Origin: Candidatus Bathyarchaeia archaeon
Lineage (GTDB): Archaea > Thermoproteota > Bathyarchaeia > Bathyarchaeales > Bathycorpusculaceae
Length of the DNA stretch: 59,237 nt
Direction: 5' to 3'
Assembly (NCBI GenBank): GCA_049521795.1
Contig: JBEKOM010000012.1
Location: 1-59,237 of the forward strand
The translations under genes and the position numbers were made by a program. Positions 47,699 through 57,863 of the stretch are shown here, one piece after another. The stretch's first letter is position 1. Each line of letters starts with the position of its first letter. The notes under the pieces are model-generated. The model was not told the origin of the DNA. It worked only from the letters and a program-made list of their open reading frames with translations, and did no database searches.

Positions 47699-47936
47699 GC
47701 ACATATCAAGCAGGATGATCATTCTTAAGACATTCTGTGCCAAAGACGTGCAGAGGCACTTTCCACGTCGTGAGCTTGGCGCTTCCAGTTTCTCTAATGC
47801 GGACGGTGCTGGAACATGCGTTTTCTTCTGCGGATCACTACTGCAAACAACGCCACTGCCATAGACGGGGCGGAATAAGCAATGAAGGAAGCTTCAGAAC
47901 AGCGCGCGTGCGAAACCAGCCCGTTAAAGGTCTTGG

Positions 47937-48596
47937 TTATTCCTTTGTGTAGAATGGTTCACTTTCAGAACGGAACGTGTTCACGAACTCTTCGCTTAGG
48001 ACTGCTTTTTCCTGCTTTGGAAAACACTTTGAGATCTGACTCTTGTATTTGGAGATGGCTTCCATTTTTCTTCCCAATTCCCCGTGAATATCCATCACAA
48101 ACACTTTCAATCCTGGGCGAGGGATCTTTCCATTCCATACGGAGTATTCGTACATTTTGGGCAGCAGATCAGATTCCCTGACGCTGCCAGCAACTACTTC
48201 GTAAGTTGTCCGGTGATCTTCATTGGCGTCGTCTCTGTAAGGCATGTATATCTCGACTGGATGTACGTCGCGAAGAATCCGAACAGTCATCTCTCCTGCT
48301 TCACTCATGTGCTCCCTTAGCTTGCCATCCTCAAAACCCAATAGAATCAGATTACTAGGATTGACTCCCAAGACACGGGTGGCTTCCCTGAACTCCATCG
48401 CACGTATTTCCGCTATTGTTTCAGGCGAAGGTTCCACGAGGCCAAGCGTAACGTCATGAGAATGACGCCCATCCGTCATGACAACGACGTGGACATCAAG
48501 TCCTTCTTGGATTTTTCTAATGATGGTTCCACCGCAAGCCAATGTTTCATCGTCCGGGTGGGGAGCAAACACGATCATCCTTCCATTGCTAACCAT
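47937..48596 (-). CDS. PIG-L family deacetylase
   Basis: APHPDDE, R..E...A, D...DH, K..AI..YKSQ. Confidence 0.93.
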   Translation of the reverse strand: MVSNGRMIVFAPHPDDETLACGGTIIRKIQEGLDVHVVVMTDGRHSHDVTLGLVEPSPETIAEIRAMEFREATRVLGVNPSNLILLGFEDGKLREHMSEAGEMTVRILRDVHPVEIYMPYRDDANEDHRTTYEVVAGSVRESDLLPKMYEYSVWNGKIPRPGLKVFVMDIHGELGRKMEAISKYKSQISKCFPKQEKAVLSEEFVNTFRSESEPFYTKE

Positions 48597-48779
48597 CTTA
48601 TTCAGGTGCTCCGTAAGGCTTGGAAATTAACTTCTTTTGCAACAAGAAATCTTGGTGAGGCTAAGTGATTAAAAGGATTCGCAAGCACCAAGACCGTGTT
48701 TTTAGGATCTAGCAAGCTCGTGCACAGGTCAGGTCATGGGCTTAGCTATGTTGGGCACAGACTTGTTTAGCGACTGCGT

Positions 48780-48929
48780 TTAGGGCCTTACGCACTCTGC
48801 CTTAGGCCGGTAAGGTCGCTTTCTTGTTCGTCTCTCTTTGTGGTAAGCGCATTCATGGACACGGACAACCATGTATCCATCGTCTTGATACTTGCATCCG
48901 CAGGGCAAAGTGGTCGTCTTTCCTGTCAC
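48780..48929 (-). CDS. 49-aa Cys/His small protein with basic tail
   Basis: MTGKTTTLPCGCKYQDDGYMVVRVHECAYHKERRTRKRPYRPKAECVRP*; GTG start. Confidence 0.45.
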   Translation of the reverse strand: MTGKTTTLPCGCKYQDDGYMVVRVHECAYHKERRTRKRPYRPKAECVRP

Positions 48930-49017
48930 TCTCTCAACTTCTCGTCAAAGTCAGATTGGGCTTCGAACCGAGTGCGCTTTCCCAGCACTTTCACTTTCAG
49001 ACTCTTTCGCCACAGGA

Positions 49018-50004
49018 TCACGGTAAGAACTTCTTGTACACGGGGTGTCCCTTGAAGCGCAAGGTCGTTTCAGACTTTTCCACTGTTCCGCTCGGTAATC
49101 GCATGCAAAGGGAGTTCACTACGGCGCCTTCTGGGATGAAGCGAACGCCGTCTAAGAGTTCGCCCTTCGTCACGCCTGAGGCTGCAAAGACAAGTTCGTT
49201 GCCCTTGGCAAGCTCGTTTTCGCAGTAGGTCTTGTCCACGTCTACTCCTTCGGTAGCCAACCTTTCCAGCCGTTTCTGATCATCTTTCTCGTCTCTCCAA
49301 ACCTTGACGAGCATCGTGCCCCCCAGACACTTGATCGCGGTTGCGGCAATAGTCGCTTCAGGACCCGCGCCTGCGCCAACGAGAAGGTCAATGCCTGAGC
49401 CTGGTCGGCACGTGACAACCGCTCCGGCGATGTCGCCGTCCGGAATGAGAATTATCCTTACGCCTAGCTTCCTCAAACTCTGTAGAATCCCCGTGTGCCT
49501 GTCGCGTTCCAACATTATGACAGTGAAGTTCTCAAGGGGCAAGCTCTTCTCGCGGGCAACCGTTCGCACAATGTCGTCCACTGACATTTCTAACGAGATC
49601 TTTCCGATTGAACGGTGGTCCGTTGCCACTTTGAAGTAATACCCATCGTCTGGAAGCACTTGGAAACAGCCTGGTGGTGCGCACGCGAGAGCCGAGATCG
49701 CGTCTTTTCTGCCCTTTGAAGCAGCCGTAGTACCGTCAACGGGGTCCATGACGAACTGAACCTTGGGGCCCTTCCCCGTTCCCACGAGTTCTTTGCGCAG
49801 GAACGCAGGTGCATTGTCTTTAGGTCCTTCACAGGCAATCACTTCTCCCTCGACATCCGTCTGAGCCAGCACAGCTCTCGAAAACTCAACAGCCTTCGCA
49901 TCCACCAAATCTCCGTTCCCTTGGCCGATGTGCAAAGCCGCTCCGACAGCAGCGGCCACAGTGATCCGCGTCAAAGAAGGCGCTAAAGCCCTCAAAGAGA
50001 CCAA
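49018..50004 (-). CDS. glpX: class II fructose-1,6-bisphosphatase family protein
   Basis: VD..AV, EG..D.AP, DPVDGT, R.RH, DGD, PE, A.GVT.G.LLDGV. Confidence 0.9.
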   Translation of the reverse strand: MVSLRALAPSLTRITVAAAVGAALHIGQGNGDLVDAKAVEFSRAVLAQTDVEGEVIACEGPKDNAPAFLRKELVGTGKGPKVQFVMDPVDGTTAASKGRKDAISALACAPPGCFQVLPDDGYYFKVATDHRSIGKISLEMSVDDIVRTVAREKSLPLENFTVIMLERDRHTGILQSLRKLGVRIILIPDGDIAGAVVTCRPGSGIDLLVGAGAGPEATIAATAIKCLGGTMLVKVWRDEKDDQKRLERLATEGVDVDKTYCENELAKGNELVFAASGVTKGELLDGVRFIPEGAVVNSLCMRLPSGTVEKSETTLRFKGHPVYKKFLP

Positions 50005-50448
50005 ACGTTACAACCTCAAGCTTACGTAAGCCCTGTCGTCCTAAAGGCTTTTCTCCCGGCGGCCGAAGCGGCAGAAAAGGCTAGATGTAGCGTTCTCTTC
50101 GACACTGTGCCGTAATAAACTGACATCCTTGGGGGGAAGAACAGACCCACGTGCAAGCCAAGTACGGCAGGATGAAGCCAGAAGACGGGTAACGGGGGGT
50201 CGCATTGAAAAATCACGCCCTTGCGCAGACTCTCTGCGAAGCTTTCAGCACATATTTAGCCTCGGACCCGCGCCTAGCCACTACGGCCTTCACGAAAGCC
50301 TGCGTGCAGTACTAGCACCCTAGGGGGAGGGGGGTGGAATAGACGAGGTCAAAACGCGAACACAGGGATGTAGCGTCAGCCAACACTTGTGGAAGCGTCT
50401 AAATAGATGAACACTGCACATCTAAGACCGACCGAAGAGGCGGTAGAA

Positions 50449-50733
50449 TTGAAGCTTCTGCTTGACGAAATGTACGCAGGCTTGAGAGAGTACTTTGAAA
50501 CCCTAGGCTGGGAAGCGGTCACGGCTCAGGATGCTGGGCTAAAAGGAGCGAAAGACAAGGACATAGTCGAGTACGCAAGAAGAAACAACCTTTTGCTGGT
50601 CACACAGGACCAGAAGCCCGCTGACTTGGCTGACCTCAGGGGGGTCAAACACGTGCTCATCTCCAGCGCCATGATCGCCAAGATAGCAGACGAAGAGATA
50701 AGAGAAAAATACCCGGAGGCAGTGGGAGAATAA
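50449..50733 (+). CDS. PIN-like protein (DUF5615/Mut7-C type)
   Basis: LLLDEM...L...GW, D..IV.YA....LLVTQD. Confidence 0.82.
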   Translation: MKLLLDEMYAGLREYFETLGWEAVTAQDAGLKGAKDKDIVEYARRNNLLLVTQDQKPADLADLRGVKHVLISSAMIAKIADEEIREKYPEAVGE

Positions 50734-50746
50734 TGGGTGAACAAGC

Positions 50747-51019
50747 ATGTCAGTTGTCGAAGTGACAGTGAAGAGTCAGAAAGGAAAGTGCAACTTCGGA
50801 CACAAAGTCGGCGATAAGATTGTCTTCGACGGAAAAATCGTCAAAGGAGACATCTGCTACAGCGCCCTGATGGTTCTGCTTCCAAAAGTCTACGCGATGC
50901 GTTTTGGCGCCGATTTTCCCTGGGCTGAAGACAAAGACGTTATCTTCAACGCGTGCCCAGACGGGAAAAACCCTGTCGTGTTCGAGATCCGGCGAACAAA
51001 GAAGAAAAAACCAAAATAG
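50747..51019 (+). CDS. TIGR04076-like small Cys protein
   Basis: G.C..GHKVGD, IC..A, FPW, CPD..NPVVFEI.R. Confidence 0.82.
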   Translation: MSVVEVTVKSQKGKCNFGHKVGDKIVFDGKIVKGDICYSALMVLLPKVYAMRFGADFPWAEDKDVIFNACPDGKNPVVFEIRRTKKKKPK

Positions 51020-51029
51020 TGATCAAAAG

Positions 51030-52595
51030 TCAGGCGTTTGCCATCCGCCAGATGGCCTTCTCCATTTCTTCGCCGTGCTTCATTCCATAATATAATCCTG
51101 CAACTTTACCCCCGAACGGTATCGCAACCCTCTTCACAAGCTTGAATAGCAGCGGGTTTGGAATCCGGTGCTGCAAGAAAGTGTCTCCCCATATCCTGAC
51201 GTTGTATTCCCAGGAACGCGCGAAAAGCTCCCAGCGCGCCTTCGTGAGAGAATCAAGCTCCGCTCCACGCCTGTTCATCAGGAGACAATTCTCTAAGGGA
51301 ACAAAGAACAGAGGAACATAGAAGGCGCTGTAATCCCTCAGGTCATCCATCAGTCCGAGCGTCTCCAAAACATCTTCTTCACGTTCATCTGGAAGCCCAA
51401 TTATCAGTGTGGCAAGAGGGTACCAGTCGTTGTCATTCATTATTCCAAAGGATTGAGCCACGACTTCCTTCCACTGCTCAGGCTTGAAGGGAAGCATCTT
51501 CCCAGCCATGTACTTCCGCATGAGCCTAACGCTGCCAGTCTCTAAACCTACTTCAGAAGTCACAATCTTCTTTTTCCCGTGATAATACCAATTGTGCTCG
51601 ATCAGAACGTCAGCGACTTCCTTGACCATCGCAGGGTCAGCAACAACGGGAGCCAAAGAACTGTGCGACGGCTGCACAGCCTTGACGCCTGGAACCGACG
51701 CAACGCTCTTAACTAGCCTTACAACAGCCTCTCTGTTCGGTACAAAACCAGGATTTTTCGAACCGTAGAGGAAAAGGTCCTCAGTCACCAAGGTGATACG
51801 AGGGGATCCTCCCTTTGTAGTGACTTCAACTTCCTTCAGTATCCTTTCCAGGGGCACATCCCGCTTTTTCTGCATCGTGGGAGTGCAGAACTGGCAATTT
51901 CTGCCGCAGCCTCTGGAGATTTCTACGCAACCGTGGATAGCTGGATGCCTGATAAGCGGCACTTTGTCACATTCAACGGTGCTCTTAACACGAACGACGC
52001 GGGGAACGGGCTCGCCGTTTACGGCCTTCTTGAAAACGTTTGTGACAGCCGTTTCCCCTTCGCCGATGACTACGCAGTCCACACCGTATCTTTCAGCCAC
52101 TCTCTTGCGTTCCAGCTGCCAAGACCCGAAGCCTCCAACGATCACCTTAGGTCTGTATCTTCGGATGCTTCTCTGCTTGACCAGCTTCCTGAATTCAATA
52201 GCGTTCATCGGCTCTCCACCGCCGACTATTGAAGAATACGTCTTGCTGACGTACGCCATCCCAGTGGGATCCATGGAAGTTATGCCTACGACCTTCGTAT
52301 TCGGCCCAACGAACTCGTCAAGGTTGATCGGATGAACGACCGCCACTTCTGACTCTTCAAAACCATTCTGCAAGAGCAGAGCTTCGACCTTCCTTAAACC
52401 GTAGGGCGCATACTTTGCCCTTGCGTTACCTTCATTCCGTTCGACCGGCGGGTACAGCGCTCTCCTCAAAAACCACAAAGGCACTGGTCCTTTGGCAAAA
52501 CCACCTGCGAAGGCAACAAAGGGATTATCGGCGAAGTCACTCATCTCAGTCGCTGAAGCTGTCAGCACAACCTTCACGCCCGACTTGTCCGGCAT
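51030..52595 (-). CDS. B12-binding-domain radical SAM protein
   Basis: APYGLRKVEA, GITSMDP.G, RGCGRNCQFC (CxxxCxxC), GLETGS. Confidence 0.92.
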   Translation of the reverse strand: MPDKSGVKVVLTASATEMSDFADNPFVAFAGGFAKGPVPLWFLRRALYPPVERNEGNARAKYAPYGLRKVEALLLQNGFEESEVAVVHPINLDEFVGPNTKVVGITSMDPTGMAYVSKTYSSIVGGGEPMNAIEFRKLVKQRSIRRYRPKVIVGGFGSWQLERKRVAERYGVDCVVIGEGETAVTNVFKKAVNGEPVPRVVRVKSTVECDKVPLIRHPAIHGCVEISRGCGRNCQFCTPTMQKKRDVPLERILKEVEVTTKGGSPRITLVTEDLFLYGSKNPGFVPNREAVVRLVKSVASVPGVKAVQPSHSSLAPVVADPAMVKEVADVLIEHNWYYHGKKKIVTSEVGLETGSVRLMRKYMAGKMLPFKPEQWKEVVAQSFGIMNDNDWYPLATLIIGLPDEREEDVLETLGLMDDLRDYSAFYVPLFFVPLENCLLMNRRGAELDSLTKARWELFARSWEYNVRIWGDTFLQHRIPNPLLFKLVKRVAIPFGGKVAGLYYGMKHGEEMEKAIWRMANA

Positions 52596-52732
52596 CTTCC
52601 TTTCCCTTTCGCCTTCGCTCTATAATCTGAACGCACAGAATTTCTCAAATGTCTTATTAATAACTATTGTTGGCCGGACATAAAAGTCCAGATCCTGCTC
52701 CCACACGATAATTCTCTTCAGCCTACGGCAGA

Positions 52733-53806
52733 CTAGAGGAGCTTCTTCTGATTGAAACCGGAAACAAGACTGGACACTCTGACGCCGACGAGCCTGATTT
52801 TCCTGTCAGGTTTAAGGTAAGATTGCATCAGTTCGCCAGCGGCTTTCTTCAAATCCTGCAAGCGGTCTGTCATGAACGGCAGGGTCTTGCTGTGTGTGTG
52901 CGTTTCAAAATTCTCGTAACGCACTCTAATCGTTACTGTCTTAAAGTAAAGCCGTTGGTCCAAAACGTTCTTGCTCACCTCGTCGGAAAGCTCGTTCAAA
53001 GCATTCATAACATAGCCGAAGTCGTCAGTATCCTCAAGGAAAGTCATGTCTCGCCCTATGGATTTGACCTCACTTCTTTCTTCAACCTCGCTTCTGTCAA
53101 TCCCATGAGCCATAAGGTAAAGCTGAGTGCCCATGGCACCGAAAGATTCAGTCAAGACCGCTGGGTCAAAATGAGCTAGGTCTTCAATGGTCTTTATGCC
53201 CATCTCCTCGAGTATCTGCCCAGTCTTCTTTCCGACACCCAGCAACCTCCGAACTGGCAGAGGAGCAAGAAACTTTTCAACATCCTCCTCCCTGACGATT
53301 GTCAGACCGTCTGGCTTCTGGGCTTCGCTGGCTATTTTGGCGACAAGCTTGTTCGAGCTTACCCCTATCGAGCAAGTCAGTCCCTCGTTCTCGTAGATTT
53401 TCTTCTTTATCTCCCGCGCCAAAGCTTCCGCTTCCGCATAATCTCTCACTCTTTGGGACACTTCAAGGAAGGCTTCGTCGATACCCCACTGTTCAAACTT
53501 GTCGGCGTATTTCCGCAGAATATCCATTATCTCGTTAGAGACCCTTGCATACAGCTCATAATTGACGGGCAAATAGACCCCCTGTGGACAAAGCTTCCAA
53601 GCTCTAGAAATAGGCATACCCGACCTCACTCCGAACCTTCTAGCCTCGTAGTTACCGGTGCTCACAACCCCTCTGCCCTTTCCACCCAATGGGGCAGCCC
53701 CAACAATGACAGGTTTACCCTTGAGCTCCGAATGCTCCCTCTCCTCAACCGCCGAAAAGAAATGGTCCATGTCCAAATGGAATATTATCCTCTTCCTTTC
53801 GCTCAT
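52733..53806 (-). CDS. dinB: DNA polymerase IV (Y family)
   Basis: DMD.FF..VE, YEAR.FGV.SGMP, IDEAF, KPDG, GVG, RLVGV. Confidence 0.96.
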   Translation of the reverse strand: MSERKRIIFHLDMDHFFSAVEEREHSELKGKPVIVGAAPLGGKGRGVVSTGNYEARRFGVRSGMPISRAWKLCPQGVYLPVNYELYARVSNEIMDILRKYADKFEQWGIDEAFLEVSQRVRDYAEAEALAREIKKKIYENEGLTCSIGVSSNKLVAKIASEAQKPDGLTIVREEDVEKFLAPLPVRRLLGVGKKTGQILEEMGIKTIEDLAHFDPAVLTESFGAMGTQLYLMAHGIDRSEVEERSEVKSIGRDMTFLEDTDDFGYVMNALNELSDEVSKNVLDQRLYFKTVTIRVRYENFETHTHSKTLPFMTDRLQDLKKAAGELMQSYLKPDRKIRLVGVRVSSLVSGFNQKKLL

Positions 53807-53992
53807 ATCATTCCTTTTCCAGCCAGAACCGCATCAATTGTAAGACAAGCGTCCGCTGATTTGAACCTGTCGAAGCACAAGCAGAAACACACTGCACTTC
53901 AGTCGCACTTATTTTCGCTAAGTATCCCTCGTTCATAACCCTTTTTACGTCGCTAATGAAGAAAGTGAAGCCAACGCTTCGGAGGAAACGCG

Positions 53993-54226
53993 GTGAAGGA
54001 AAAGAGCATCAGCGTAGAATCAGCCCAGCAGATAGCGATTGATTTTCTAAAGAAAAGGAAGAACACCGACAGAGTGGAAGTCTCCGGAGTCGACCACAGC
54101 AACGACATCTGGGTAGTCAGGGGCACGTGTCCAATAGACCTGGAAGGACACCCATGGGCTGAGAGGTTCGAAGTCATCGTTGACACCAAGGGAAGAATAA
54201 AGTCAACAACCTTCGCCCTACTCTAG
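53993..54226 (+). CDS. small hypothetical protein (PepSY-like pattern)
   Basis: ISVESAQQIA..FL...W.V...FEV.VD..G.I. Confidence 0.65.
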   Translation: MKEKSISVESAQQIAIDFLKKRKNTDRVEVSGVDHSNDIWVVRGTCPIDLEGHPWAERFEVIVDTKGRIKSTTFALL

Positions 54227-54327
54227 CAAAAAGGCCCAAACCTAAAGCCCGCCACACCGCGTAGTTTAAAAGAATTCAAAGGTTATATCTGAAACTGTAC
54301 AGCAGTTTATGTACGGGCGCAAATGAA

Positions 54328-54795
54328 ATGTTCGATAAGGTTTTGGTCGCATTAGACGGTTCAGAACATTCAGAGAGAGCCTTAGAAACTGCAATTCAAA
54401 TCGCGAAGAAATTTCGCGCAAAGATGACGATACTTCATGTTTACTCTGTCACTGTGCCAGCTGTAATTGCTCCTGAACCGACTACTCTGACCCCGGCAGG
54501 AGTTCCCGTTGTAACCTCCGCAGAAGTCGCGAAGATGGTTGAGGCCGCACGCATGGTTGGCAACAGACTTCTAACAGGCGGTGAGCAGAAAGCCAAATCT
54601 GCAAACGTTAGGGTCGAAACTGTTCTCAGGGAAGGAAACACCGTGCAGGAAATCGTCGCACTGGCAAAAGAAGGAGAGTTCGACTTGATAGTCATGGGTG
54701 CAAGAGGCATAAGCAGGATAAGAGAGCTTCTGATGGGAAGCGTCAGCGAAGGTGTCATAAAAAACGCCCACTGCCCAGTCTTGGTTGTCAAATGA
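54328..54795 (+). CDS. universal stress protein
   Basis: LVALDGS.HS, DLIVMGARG, GSVS..V...AHCPVLVV. Confidence 0.95.
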   Translation: MFDKVLVALDGSEHSERALETAIQIAKKFRAKMTILHVYSVTVPAVIAPEPTTLTPAGVPVVTSAEVAKMVEAARMVGNRLLTGGEQKAKSANVRVETVLREGNTVQEIVALAKEGEFDLIVMGARGISRIRELLMGSVSEGVIKNAHCPVLVVK

Positions 54796-54913
54796 GCCAA
54801 CTCTCATCTCAGACGCAGAATTTGTCCCTTGTAATCACAATCTTCACCAACGCAGCAGCACAGCAAAATATTTCTTCTTAGTCAACCAAAGAGTGAGATT
54901 CTGAGCGTGTATT

Positions 54914-55936
54914 TTGATGCAGAGGAAAGAGATCCTTCGTGAGCCAGTGAGACACATGAGAATCAGGGGAAGACTCACCGTAGACCAGCTTGTTCGACAG
55001 TTTCAAAACTCTGGATCCTTCGGGGCAGGAAGACTTTCAACGGCATGCGACATCTACGAGCGCATGGTTCGAGACGACGATTGCACGATTTTCTTGGCCC
55101 TAGCAGGAGCCATGGTTCCAGCAGGCATGCGCTCGCTGATCGCAGACATGATCCGTGAAAACCTCATCGACGTCCTCGTAACAACGGGAGCAAACATGGT
55201 TCACGACGCCTTAGAAGCCGTAGGAGGCCACCACTACAAAGGACACTGGTTCGTAGACGATTACATGCTCTACAAAAACCATACCTACCGCATATACGAC
55301 GTCTTCGTCCCAGAGGAAGACTTCATAAAACTCGACTGTGAACTCGTGAAAATATACGACCAGATAGCCACAGAATACAAGGGGAAGACTTTGTCCTCGA
55401 GGGATTTTGCTTGGGAACTGGGCAAGAGACTCAAAGACCCCAATTCGATTCTGCGCGCGGCCTACGAAGCAAAGGCCCCGATTTTTATTCCTGCGGTGCG
55501 CGACTCAGAATTCGGTTACATCTATCATCTCCACGCCTCTCGCAGAGCTTTTAAAAACACGTTGGTCGTGGACAGCTTCAAGGACGTGTCGGAAATAATC
55601 AGCATTTGTCGAGGCGCTTCCAGAAACGGCATGATAGTCATAGGCGGTGGAGTGCCGAGAAACACCATACAGTCGGCAGCTCTGGCCACGAAGTCAGGCA
55701 TGGACTACGCCATCGTGATAACCATGGACCGCGCAGAAACAGGTGGGCTTTCAGGATCAACACTGGAAGAAACCGTCAGCTGGGGGAAGCTGAAGGGTCA
55801 AGCAGACAAGGTAATGGTCATCAGCGACGCGACTATAGTCTTCCCAACGATCGTGGCCTCAGTCATAGAGAGACTCGGCAAAGACTTCAAGCGAGCCCGG
55901 AACGTAAAATTCGAAGACCCCATCGTTAAGGAGTGA
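54914..55936 (+). CDS. dys: deoxyhypusine synthase
   Basis: TGANMVHD, RIYD, GGGVP, GGLSG...E.VSWGK with catalytic Lys. Confidence 0.93.
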   Translation: MMQRKEILREPVRHMRIRGRLTVDQLVRQFQNSGSFGAGRLSTACDIYERMVRDDDCTIFLALAGAMVPAGMRSLIADMIRENLIDVLVTTGANMVHDALEAVGGHHYKGHWFVDDYMLYKNHTYRIYDVFVPEEDFIKLDCELVKIYDQIATEYKGKTLSSRDFAWELGKRLKDPNSILRAAYEAKAPIFIPAVRDSEFGYIYHLHASRRAFKNTLVVDSFKDVSEIISICRGASRNGMIVIGGGVPRNTIQSAALATKSGMDYAIVITMDRAETGGLSGSTLEETVSWGKLKGQADKVMVISDATIVFPTIVASVIERLGKDFKRARNVKFEDPIVKE

Positions 55937-55943
55937 AATCCGC

Positions 55944-56147
55944 ATGAAGAAGAAACCTTCCAAACACAAATTCTGCGGAAACTGCACCAGCCACAACGCC
56001 TACGACTTTCCAAGCCGAGTTTTCTGCACCAGACGATACTTGAAGAATCAAGACGCAATCGTCTCCACGCTCTCGTGCTGCGAAGAATGGTACCCAAGCG
56101 CCCAAGAATGCCACTGCATCGAAGAGACACTGAAGAAGCAAAAATAG
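55944..56147 (+). CDS. small Cys-rich hypothetical protein
   Basis: CGNC..H, FC, CCE.W, CHC; starts 7 nt after dys; GGAGTG SD. Confidence 0.7.
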   Translation: MKKKPSKHKFCGNCTSHNAYDFPSRVFCTRRYLKNQDAIVSTLSCCEEWYPSAQECHCIEETLKKQK

Positions 56148-56229
56148 GAAGCCCACGTTGCTCTCGTCCTTCCCTGTTCCGCACTAAAGTATTTATCCCG
56201 AACTTCATCGTTTAATCCCTTTGTGACAA

Positions 56230-56305
56230 AGCCCGGTGGTGCAGTGGTCAAACATGGCGGCCTCTGGAGCCGCTGACGAGAGTTCGAATCTCTCCCGGGC
56301 TACCA
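56230..56305 (+). tRNA. tRNA-Gln(CTG)
   Basis: AGCCCGG/CCGGGCT (A1-U72), GCGGC-CTCTGGA-GCCGC, TTCGAAT, ACCA. Confidence 0.96.
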
Positions 56306-56371
56306 TCTCCGTGTTTCATGGGAGACCTTCAACGCGTGAAATGATTAACCATCAATGCGAGTCTGGATGAT

Positions 56372-56950
56372 ATGCCAATAGTGGGCTTGGACTTGGCAGG
56401 CGTCGAGACTAGACCTGCGGGTTTTTGTACCCTTGAAGACTGGAACGTCAAGACGTGCGTGCTCTACGACGATGAAGAAATAATAAAGAAAATACAGGCA
56501 ACCAAACCCAAATTAGTCGCCGTCGATGCGCCCCTCAGCCTCCCAGCAGGAAGAAAATCCATAGACGAAAGAACTGGCACACACTTGAGAGAGTGTGACC
56601 GTGAACTTCTGAGAAGAAGAATAAGGTTCTTCCCGGTTACGCTCGGTCCGATGAGAAAGCTCACCTCCCGAGGAATAAAGCTAAGGAAAACTCTTGAAAG
56701 TATGCATTTCAAAGTCGTAGAAGTGTATCCTGGAGGTGCACAAGATGTCTTGGGAATACCCAGGAAACAGGAAGGTCTCGATAAGCTGCGAAGCGGTTAG
56801 AAGAAATTGCAGATCAAGGGCATAGCTAATGCAATGAGCGCCGACGAGCTGGATGCCATAACATGCGCCTATGTTGGCAAGCTCTATCTGGAAGGAAAAA
56901 CGCTGACCTACGGTAGTGATGACCAGACGATTATAATGCCAAGATCCTGA
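56372..56950 (+). pseudogene. DUF429 (RNase H-like nuclease) gene interrupted by in-frame TAG at 56798-56800
   Basis: GLDLA, VDAPLS.P, RECD, EVYP precede the TAG; the frame continues 49 codons including DELDAITCA and IIMP. Confidence 0.8.
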
Positions 56951-57027
56951 AGGACGCGTCTAAAGGTATACGTTATCTTTATTACCGAGCTCTAAGAGAA
57001 CGTTAACCGTTAAGGAGGGGCATAGAC

Positions 57028-57270
57028 TTGACGGTTGCCTACGTGCTGGCGAAGGTTGAATCAGGAAAAGACGAAGAAGTGCTCAAGGAAGTCAGGAAAA
57101 TACCGGGCGTCCAACATGCGGTTCCAACGTACGGTGTCTATGACTTGCACGTTGAAGCTTCATTCAACACGATGGATGATCTTGACAGATTCATCTTCGA
57201 CAAGATTCGCAGGATAAACGGCGTAAAAGAAACCGTGACTTTGATAGCCTTCAAAAAGGGATATGAATGA
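57028..57270 (+). CDS. stand-alone Lrp/AsnC ligand-binding (RAM) domain protein
   Basis: AYVL.KVE.G, TYG.YD, IR.I.GV.ET.TLI. Confidence 0.92.
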   Translation: MTVAYVLAKVESGKDEEVLKEVRKIPGVQHAVPTYGVYDLHVEASFNTMDDLDRFIFDKIRRINGVKETVTLIAFKKGYE

Positions 57271-57378
57271 CTCGAATCGGCTGCAGAGAGATCTACTTCG
57301 TGAAAGCAATGCAGTCGCCTAGCATCTGAAAAACCAGATAACCCAGAGTTCAGTTCTCACGTGTTCGCGTTCGTTCCG

Positions 57379-57663
57379 CTAGTCCAGAAGTTTGGCCAGA
57401 GTGTCAAAAATATCTAAGAAGCTTCTACCTTTGTCGGTAGTCTTATACATAGCTCTCTTCGTGTATTTTGACACTTCCAGCAGTTCTGCCTTCACGAGCA
57501 CAGGTACGTACTTGTCCAGTTGGGCGGAGCTCAACCCAACCTTGTACATTAATTCGGTTTTTCCCACTCCCTTAGCCGCATATGATAACATGACTGAGAT
57601 TATTGCGAGCCTGTCCCTTCTGTTGCCTCTGACCTGGAGGATTGGAGAATGGGTTAGCATCAC
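57379..57663 (-). CDS. winged-helix regulator (HTH_45/ArnR1-like)
   Basis: RRDRL.II..ML...GVGKTELMY..GLS...Y...L...Y.TT.KG..FL. Confidence 0.88.
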   Translation of the reverse strand: MMLTHSPILQVRGNRRDRLAIISVMLSYAAKGVGKTELMYKVGLSSAQLDKYVPVLVKAELLEVSKYTKRAMYKTTDKGRSFLDIFDTLAKLLD

Positions 57664-57863
57664 TATTTTTCAGATGATACGGGCAATTTATCCGTTGCTT
57701 CTTCGTTTGGGCATTTTATGCATCAATTGATTCACACGTCGGCAGCGAGTAATTTGTCTGATTTTACAGGAAACTAAAATTGAAGATATCTAACAGCGTA
57801 AAAACGTGAGTCCTCTAACCCTGTCCAAAATCGAATTTGATATCAACACTAGCGCGCACGTCA

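Noticed and set aside
50005-50440. RNase P or SRP RNA
   Set aside because: No GAGGAAAGUCC/CR-V or SRP helix-8 signature was found by eye.
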